A model generated the notes under the pieces. It searched no databases. It saw only the letters and a list, made by a program, of their open reading frames with translations, and was not told where the DNA came from. A program made the translations under genes and the position numbers. Positions 57,066 to 64,000 of a stretch of 64,000 bases of DNA are shown in pieces; within the stretch, counting starts at the first letter, position 1; every line of letters starts with the position of its first letter. The DNA is from an uncultured Verrucomicrobiae bacterium (GTDB taxonomy: Bacteria; Verrucomicrobiota; Verrucomicrobiia; Palsa-1439). Location of the stretch: contig CAWEWF010000014.1 in NCBI GenBank assembly GCA_963812605.1, forward strand, positions 605,003-669,002, written 5' to 3'.

Positions 57066-59216
57066 TTAGCGAACGGCTGGCAGTCGTGCAAGCGCGTTTC
57101 GCGCTTGGGTGAAATCGGGCTTAAGCCGCAGGGCTTGCTGCAAATGGTCTTTCGCTTCCGGGATCCTGCCCGCCAGTCCCAAAGCGATCCCCAGGTTACA
57201 GTGCACCTCGGGCGAATCCGGTTTAAGCCGCAGCGCCTGCTCCAAGTGCGCTATCGCTTCCGGGATCCGGCCCGTCCTCGCCAGGGCGATCCCCAGGTCG
57301 CAGTGCGCCTCGGTATAATCCGGCTTGAGACGCAGCGCCTGCTCGAAATGCTCTATCGCTTCCGGGGTCCGGCCTGATCCCATCAAGGCGATTCCCAAGC
57401 TGTGGTGCGCTTCGGCGTAATCCGGCTTGAGTCGCAGCACCCGCTCGAAATGCCCTATCGCTTCCGGGTCCGGCCCGATCCCATCAAGGCGGTCCCCAGA
57501 TTGTTTTGCGCCTCGGCGTAATCCGGGTTGAGCCGCAGCGCTTGCTCATACTGCTCGATGGCCTCGCTGATCTTCCCCTCCTGCGAGAAGGCGTTTCCCA
57601 GATTGTAGTGCGCCTGGGGTAAATCGGGCTTGAGCCGCAGCGCTTGTTCATACAGGCCGATGGCATCGCTGATCTTCCCCTTCTTCGCGAAAACGTTTCC
57701 CAGATTGTAGTACGCCTCGGCGTAATCCGGTTCAATCCGCAGCGCCTGCTCGTAGTGAGTGATCGCGTCCTCAATCCTGCCATCTTGCTCCATGGCTTTC
57801 CCCAGATTGTTTTGCGCCTCGGCGTAGTCCGGTTTAATCCGCAGCGCCTGCTCGTACTGGGCGACCGCTTCCGGCATCCTCGCCGCCAGATCCAGGGAGA
57901 CCCCCAGATTGTAGTGCGCTCGCGCGTTGTTCGGACGCTTTTCGACAGTGTCCCGCCAAATGGTTATTTCCGAGTTGTAATCACGATTGCGTTGAACTGT
58001 CGTGAAGGCGAGCAGAAGCACCACCGCCCCCTCCGCGACGCACCCAAGCACAATGCCTGATTGTCTGCGGAGCAGGCGTTTCCCAAGCAGAAACGCGCCG
58101 ACGACAACCATGGTCACCACTGCTGCCAACGGTAAATACATTCGCCGTTCCGCTGCCGCTTCGCCGAAGCTCGGCAGAAAGCTGGACGTCGGTCCCAAAA
58201 TGAGAAAAAACCAGGCGCCCAAAAACCCCCACTGTGGTTGGCGACGAAATGCCCACGCCGTTGCGCCGAGGAGGCCCACGACCACGGCACCGGGCAGAAG
58301 ACAGTCTTTCAGTGACAATGAAATCGGCCAGTCAAAATAGTCAAGTACCAGCGGGTGCGGCCAAAAACAAAGCCGCAGGTAGTAAACAATCACGCCGGCC
58401 TCGGTCTTCAGATAATCCCATGGCGTCAGGCCTTTAATCCCAAACCCCGTGTAGCCATGAGGCGTCCGCGCCACCAATACTGCCAGCATCAGCCAGGTCG
58501 CGGCCAAGCCAACGTATAAGACGGCGCGGCGACGCCATAATTCGCGAAACGACGGCGCGAGAAACACGCGATCATACAGCAACACAATCAGGGGAGCGGC
58601 AACCATGACCTCCTTGCTTCCCATACCCAATGCACAGAAAATGATTGCGGCCAAACACCAAAGGCCGGCGTGTTCGGATTGGGAGCTGCGAAGCGTACAA
58701 TACAACGTCAATAGCAGGAACAGGCCCATGAGCAATTCCGTACGTTGTACAATGTAGGTCACACTTTCTGTCTGAAGCGGGTGTAGCTCCCAAATGAGTG
58801 TTATCGCCCCGGCCAACCAGACAGCAACGCCGCCGAATCGATCGCGAAGTGTCCGTCCCTGAAACGTCCTGCGCAAGATCCCAAACAGCACCAAGGAGGA
58901 CAATAGATGCACTGCCAGGTTGAATGCGTGGTAGCCCCAGACATTGTATCCGCCCAATGCGTAGTTCAATGCCAACGTAAAACAAACCACGGGGCGCCCA
59001 CTGACCGTAGTGCCCAAGGGCGCAGATAACGCATCGCGGATCGGCCATAAGTGACGTGTATGGGGATTCCCGGAAATGGCGGCCACGTCATCAAAGATGA
59101 ATGGGCCTGCGAAACTGTTGTGATACGCCAGCAGCCCCGCAACCATCACCAATACCAGGGCCAAAAGCCAGGGTCGATCCGCGAAAGAGATTTTTCGTCG
59201 TCGGCTGGTTTGCCAT
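57066..59216 (-). CDS. TMTC/PMT-like membrane glycosyltransferase with about 10 TPR repeats, paralogue 3; two 1-nt frame breaks (about 59190-59200 and 57455-57462)
   Basis: MANQPTTK(I)SFADRPWLLALVLVMVAGLLAY..FIFDDVAAISGNPH. The TPRs continue into ORF 57066..57440 once a C is restored in ACCCGG (the neighbouring repeat copy at ~57370 has ACCCCGG). Confidence 0.8.
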
Positions 59217-59223
59217 CGGGCCA

Positions 59224-59252
59224 ATCATAGGGTTTTCTGCGGGGCGAGACAA
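59224..59252 (-). promoter_or_regulatory. Second copy of the TTGTCT-N17-TATGAT promoter, ending 7 nt before the ATG at 59216
   Basis: Identical to 56982-57010. Confidence 0.45.
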
Positions 59253-59372
59253 GGATCGCCACGGCCGCCGGCGGCGATTCCCGGGATGAATTGCCGTCGG
59301 TGGGGGCAACGGAAAGAGAATGGCCCGGCAACACGGTGCCGGGCCAAAATGAAAGGTGAACAACCGAAACGA

Positions 59373-60218
59373 TCAGGCGCGACGACGGCGCAGGAGGCAA
59401 AGTCCGCCAAGCCCCGCGGCTACCAACATGAGAGAACTGGGTTCGGGCACAATCGAGAGATCTTTATCCTTGCTGATGAGTACCGAACCGCCCGGAGCGA
59501 TATTCAGATCCCATTCGAGAGCCCAAGTTACAGCCCCGGTGGCATTTGAATTGTTGTTAAGCACGACTGGAACCGCGCCGTTATTCAACTTGGCGAGTGT
59601 CGAGAACTCATTGGCTGCTTCACTCTCGTTGGCCATTCGCGCCACAACGGTTTCACTCATGGCCAAGTTCCCAAGGTTCTGGTAGGCGCCATTGTACCCA
59701 AAGAAGGGGGCCTTACTCATTGTCACGGTTTGCCCGCCAATGGTGTTGTTCAAGTCAAAATCCGAATACTCATAGAAAATGAACGGGAGGGTATTGGTGG
59801 TATTGTTGTTAATCTGGATCTGCTCCCCAAGGTCAGATTGCCCGCTTCCCGGAGTACCGCCATTCAAGCTGTAACCGACGGACAGATTGAAAAGTGGTGA
59901 CCCGTAAGATATCGTCCCCGCACTGGGGACGGTCTGTGCCAGCACGGCGGGACTGATCGTGTCGATCGAGGCTGGCGGCGTGCTGCCCCCGGGTGGTCCC
60001 AGCGCGTACCAAAACCATTCCTGATAAATTTGGTTAACGCCATCGACCTGCCAGTTGAACAGTCCGGCTTGAGAGCCGGCATTAACCTGGGCGACCGAGT
60101 TTTGGTTGGCAAGGGTAAGTATTTGCCCCGCCACCGGAGCAGACGCACACAGAATCGGCAGAACAATCGCTACGGCAGCTCCCCTCACCACTGTCATCAC
60201 AAAAGATTTGACTCGCAT
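59373..60218 (-). CDS. PEP-CTERM protein (intact)
   Basis: Signal peptide MRVKSFVMTVVRGAAVAIVLPILCASAPVAG and the canonical tail VPEPSSLMLVAAGLGGLCLLRRRRA*. ATG at 60218. Confidence 0.8.
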   Translation of the reverse strand: MRVKSFVMTVVRGAAVAIVLPILCASAPVAGQILTLANQNSVAQVNAGSQAGLFNWQVDGVNQIYQEWFWYALGPPGGSTPPASIDTISPAVLAQTVPSAGTISYGSPLFNLSVGYSLNGGTPGSGQSDLGEQIQINNNTTNTLPFIFYEYSDFDLNNTIGGQTVTMSKAPFFGYNGAYQNLGNLAMSETVVARMANESEAANEFSTLAKLNNGAVPVVLNNNSNATGAVTWALEWDLNIAPGGSVLISKDKDLSIVPEPSSLMLVAAGLGGLCLLRRRRA

Positions 60219-60584
60219 ATCTCCCATTCCCCTTCCGCTCGCCTCGCTAAAAACGCGCGGATGCATTTGCCACCTACTAATGTGCTCTTTTTGGCAGGAT
60301 CTTTGCCGACTGTCAACATAATAATGCAAACGCTTACAGTCCCACTTGGATGACGGGCGGTGCGGTCGGAGGCGCATTGCAATGCGGTTGCCATCGACAC
60401 GAGAAGAGATTCGGTCAAGTCCGAAGCCAGGTTCGCGCCAATCAGAGGGTTTTCTGTGGGGCGAGACGAGGATCGCTGGTCGCAAAGCAACGTTGTATTG
60501 GGCGAAGGCGTTTTGTTAGTGTGCGGCGGTCGCACACGCGCTGGAAGGAATTAGCGGGCACGCGTCCCGCTCCTAACGAACACG

Positions 60585-62039
60585 ATGAAGATTTTTTTTG
60601 CGGCCAGTGAGATGACGCCTTACGCCAAGACGGGCGGATTGGGCGACGTGGTGGGCGCGCTGCCGGGGGCGCTCCGCCAGCTCGGGCACGAACTGACGTG
60701 CTGCCTGCCGTTCTACCGCTGTGCGCAAGAGGTGGCGCGCGACGCCAAGGCGATCGGCTTGACGCTGCAGATCCCGCTGGGGAGCCGGACGGTGACGGGC
60801 GACGTGATGGAGTTGACGCGGCCCGATGGCGTGCGGGTGCTGTTCATACGGCGCGATGAATTCTTCGATCGCTCGGAGTTGTATTACACCGGTGTCCGCG
60901 ACTATGAAGACAACGCGGAACGGTTTTTATTTTTCTCGAAAGCGGTGGTCGAGTTGCTCGGGTACACCCGGTTCCAGGCCGACATCGTGCACTGCCACGA
61001 CTGGCCGGCGGCGTTTGTGCCGGTGCAGCTTCGCTATCGCCAGGACAAACTCGCACAGGCAGGGACGCCTGTGGCACCGCCGGCGAAGTCGGTGTTCACG
61101 ATCCATAACATCGCCTACCAGGGAATGTTCTGGAGCCCGGACTTTCCGCTGACGAATTTGCCCGGCGAATTCTTCACGCCCGAGTCGCTGGAGTTTTACG
61201 GGCAGATGAACCTGATGAAGGGGGGAATCCTTTTTTCCGACGCGGTCACCACCGTGAGCCGGAAGTACGCCCAGGAAATCCAGACAGCGGAGGGCGGGTT
61301 CGGGCTCGACACGGTCCTCGCCACGCGACCCGACGGCGTGCAGGGGATCGTCAATGGTGTGGACTACACGCGGTGGAACCCCGCCACGGACCTGCAGTTG
61401 CGACAGCGTTATACGCCGGAGGATTTATCCGGCAAACGCGCCTGCCGGGCGGAACTGCTGGCGAAACTGGGACTGGAGGCGGACGAGACGCAGCCCGTGG
61501 CGGCTTTCGTGTCGCGGTTGACGGAACAAAAGGGGGTGGAGGTGCTGGTGGGCGCCGTGGAGGAACTGGTGAAGTCGGGGCTGCTTTTGATCGTCCTGGG
61601 AAAGGGCGAGCGAAAATATGAGGAGATCCTCGCGGGGGTGGCCGAGGAATTCCCGCGACAGGTCGCCGTGAGGATCACCCACGACGAGGAGTTGTCGCAC
61701 CAGATCCAGGGTGGGGCGGACATGCTGTTGGTGCCGTCGCATTTTGAACCGTGCGGGTTGACGCAATTGTACGCCCTGAAGTACGGTACGATTCCCGTGG
61801 TACGGGCGACGGGCGGGCTGGAGGACACGGTGCAGCAATACAATCCGCGGTCGGGGGAGGGAACTGGTTTCAAATTTGCTCCTTACACATCGGCGGCGCT
61901 GGTGGAAGCGGCGCAACAAGCGATTTTGCTCCACAAGCAGCCCAAGAAATGGCAGAAATTAATGCGGAACGCGATGGCCCGCGATTTTTCATGGCGAGCC
62001 AGCGCGCGGAAATATGAAAAACTGTACGCGGCGCTCTGA
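60585..62039 (+). CDS. glgA: Glycogen synthase (GT5)
   Basis: MKIFFAASEMTPYAKTGGLGDVVGALP, HCHDW, TIHNIAYQG, PSHFEPCGLTQLYALKYGT and RATGGLEDTV. Confidence 0.9.
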   Translation: MKIFFAASEMTPYAKTGGLGDVVGALPGALRQLGHELTCCLPFYRCAQEVARDAKAIGLTLQIPLGSRTVTGDVMELTRPDGVRVLFIRRDEFFDRSELYYTGVRDYEDNAERFLFFSKAVVELLGYTRFQADIVHCHDWPAAFVPVQLRYRQDKLAQAGTPVAPPAKSVFTIHNIAYQGMFWSPDFPLTNLPGEFFTPESLEFYGQMNLMKGGILFSDAVTTVSRKYAQEIQTAEGGFGLDTVLATRPDGVQGIVNGVDYTRWNPATDLQLRQRYTPEDLSGKRACRAELLAKLGLEADETQPVAAFVSRLTEQKGVEVLVGAVEELVKSGLLLIVLGKGERKYEEILAGVAEEFPRQVAVRITHDEELSHQIQGGADMLLVPSHFEPCGLTQLYALKYGTIPVVRATGGLEDTVQQYNPRSGEGTGFKFAPYTSAALVEAAQQAILLHKQPKKWQKLMRNAMARDFSWRASARKYEKLYAAL

Positions 62040-62072
62040 GGCGCGGCGGCTGAAAAGTGGGGACAGACGGTT

Positions 62073-63095
62073 ATGCCAGAACTTCGCAAGGATCCAATTG
62101 TCGGTCGGTGGGTGATCGTGGCGACGGAACGCGGGAAGCGCCCGAGCGATTTTGCGGCGCAACCCAGCGAGGTGCTCGACCCGGCCAAGAACCCCTTCGC
62201 CGAGGGCAACGAACACATGACGCCGCCGGAGATTTTCGCCTTTCGCGACCCGAAGAGCAAGGCGAACGGCCCGAACTGGCAGGTGCGCGTGGTGCCGAAC
62301 AAATTCCCGGCGTTGCGCATCGAGGGCGACATCGACAAGGAAGGGCAGGGGATCTACGACAAGATGAACGGCATCGGCGCGCACGAGGTCATCATCGAGA
62401 CGCCGAACCCGAACCTGCAACTGGAGCAACAACCGGTCGAGGCCATCGGGCGCGTCGTCGAGACCTACAAGGTCCGCATGACCGATCTGCTGCGCGATCC
62501 GCGGTTCCGCTACATTTTAATTTTCAAGAATTTCGGACGGCAGGCCGGCGCGACAATCGGGCATCCGCACTCGCAGTTGATCGCCACGCCCGTCACGCCG
62601 AAGCGATTGAAGGAAAAACTGGTCGGCGCGATGCAGTACTACGCCTACAAGGACCGCAGCATTTTTGAGGACATCCTCAAGCAGGAAATCAAGGAGGGTT
62701 CGCGGCTGGTGTACGAGAACGCGGGTTTTGTGGCGTATTGCCCGTTCGCGTCGCGCTTCCCGTTCGAGGTCACGGTCATCCCGCGGCGGCAATCAGCATA
62801 TTTCCAGGACATTCATCCCGACGAGATCCTGTTGCTGGCCGATGCGCTGAAGGTGACGTTGCAGAAGCTGGCGAAGGCGCTGAACCAGCCGCAGTACAAT
62901 TATATCGTCAACACGGCACCGGCGCGTTACGCGCACCACGGCTTCTGGTCGACCATCGACCAGGACTTCCGCTGGCACATCGAGATTCTGCCGCGATTGA
63001 CGCTGATCGCGGGCTTTGAGGTCGGCACGGGTTTTTACATCAACCCGACGACACCCGAGGAAGCCGCCAAGTATCTCCGCGAGATCCCGGTCTAA
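62073..63095 (+). CDS. GalT-like HIT-superfamily nucleotidyltransferase (hexose-1-phosphate uridylyltransferase / NDP-glucose phosphorylase-like)
   Basis: LRKDPIVGRWVIVATERGKRP, FENAG-type region, and the active site GATIGHPHSQLIATP (HxHxQ). The usual N-terminal CPFC is NPFA here. Confidence 0.8.
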   Translation: MPELRKDPIVGRWVIVATERGKRPSDFAAQPSEVLDPAKNPFAEGNEHMTPPEIFAFRDPKSKANGPNWQVRVVPNKFPALRIEGDIDKEGQGIYDKMNGIGAHEVIIETPNPNLQLEQQPVEAIGRVVETYKVRMTDLLRDPRFRYILIFKNFGRQAGATIGHPHSQLIATPVTPKRLKEKLVGAMQYYAYKDRSIFEDILKQEIKEGSRLVYENAGFVAYCPFASRFPFEVTVIPRRQSAYFQDIHPDEILLLADALKVTLQKLAKALNQPQYNYIVNTAPARYAHHGFWSTIDQDFRWHIEILPRLTLIAGFEVGTGFYINPTTPEEAAKYLREIPV

Positions 63096-63123
63096 ACGCC
63101 GCAAGGATCACTCATGCCGCTCC

Positions 63124-64000
63124 ACGTCGCCTTTCTCTGGCACATGCACCAGCCGTACTATGTCGACCCGATTCGCGGGGCGGCGCTGATGCCATGGGTG
63201 CGCCTGCATGCGACCAAGGGTTATCTCGACATGATCTGGCTGGCGGACCAGTACCCGGAGGTTCATTGCACCTTCAACCTGACACCGGTGCTCTTGCTGC
63301 AAATCCAGCAACTCGCCAACGATGAGGTGCGAGACCTTTGGCGCGAACTGGCGGCCCCGCCCCCGGAGACGCTTACCCTGGCGCAAAAGGCGAACCTGTT
63401 GGAACATTTCTTCAAGGCGAATTGGGACAACATGATCAAGCCGTTCCCGCGTTACTGGGCGCTGCTGCAAAAGCGCGGGCTCAACGCGGCGAAGATCAAC
63501 CTCGAACACGCCGTCGGCAGTTTCACCGACCAGGAATTTCGCGATCTGCAAGTGTGGTTCAACCTGACGTGGTTCGGCTACGCCGCCGATCGGCTGTACC
63601 CCGAGATTGCCGACCTGAAACGGAAGGGTGGGGGATTCAGCGAGGAGGACAAGCAGACGGTCTTTGACCACCAGCGGGTCGTCCTGAAAACCGTGCTTGG
63701 TTACTACAAGGCCCTCGCCCAGCGCGGCCAGATCGAAATCAGCACGACGCCCTTTTTTCATCCGATCCTGCCGCTGGTGTACAACACCGAGTTCGCCCGC
63801 CGCTGCATGCCGGGCCGGGAACTGCCGCCGCCGTTGTCGCATCCCGAAGATGTCCGCGCGCAGTTGACCATGGCCCGCGACCTGCATACGCAAATCTTCG
63901 GCGCGCCGCCGCGCGGGGTGTGGCCGTCGGAAGGTTCCGTTTGTCCGGAGCTTATCCCGATCTTCGAGGAACTCGGCTACGAATGGTTCGCCACCGATGA
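63124..64000 (+). CDS. Glycoside hydrolase family 57 (alpha-glucan branching / amylase-type), 5' partial, running off the window
   Basis: Not in the ORF track because no stop is reached. MPLHVAFLWHMHQPYYVDP, ISTTPFFHPILPL and GVWPSEGSVCPE (nucleophile Glu). The antisense ORF 63108..63893 is spurious. Confidence 0.85.

Noticed and set aside
56975-57091. Longer N-terminus for TMTC-like 2 (ORF-track start at 57091), and the TTG start at 59224 for TMTC-like 3
   Set aside because: The extra residues (..RRRPYRSLSRPAENPMIGP) are the translation of the conserved promoter block. Both paralogues share an ATG (56974 and 59216) followed by the conserved MA(T/N)QPT(A/T)K.
63108-63893. 261-aa ORF on the minus strand
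   Set aside because: It is antisense to an unlisted but strongly supported GH57 gene (WHMHQPYY, TTPFFHPILPL, WPSEGS) that runs off the window.

Overview
GC-rich bacterial chromosomal window with no rRNA, tRNA or CRISPR array seen. Gene content and repeat style suggest a PVC-group, Verrucomicrobiota-like organism; this is inference only.

Gene order, left to right:
- Tetrapyrrole genes (hemC, cobA-hemD), sppA, trpG, a lipase-maturation-factor homologue and a peroxiredoxin.
- A ~1230-aa secreted multicopper oxidase with three PKD domains.
- A minus-strand operon: queE / small ORF / class-III aminotransferase / LuxE-like / LuxC-like.
- A visibly lower-GC type II restriction-modification pair, followed by an unusual ExbB/TolQ-like plus TolR/ExbD-like coiled-coil gene pair.
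- A 12-gene complex I operon, nuoA-B-C-D-I*-H-J-K-L-M-M2-N. It has no nuoEFG, NuoI is fused to an RnfB-type Fe-S domain, there are two NuoM genes and NuoL is elongated.
- aroE-pilD-aroC.
- An accessory region (43-60 kb) with PEP-CTERM proteins, a GH28 beta-helix protein, three TMTC/PMT-like TPR glycosyltransferase paralogues and a RAYT-type transposase embedded in arrays of GTAG-plus-hairpin REP elements.
- glgA / GalT-like / GH57 at the right edge.

Roughly forty REP-like units (counted by eye) are scattered through the window, and several sit inside reading frames.

At least about 20 single-nucleotide frame disruptions are present. Many fall at homopolymers and several hit essential genes (nuoB, nuoM, aroC, rsmI). 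This points to indel-type sequence errors and/or real decay in the accessory half. Coordinates of affected genes are therefore composites of more than one ORF-track entry.
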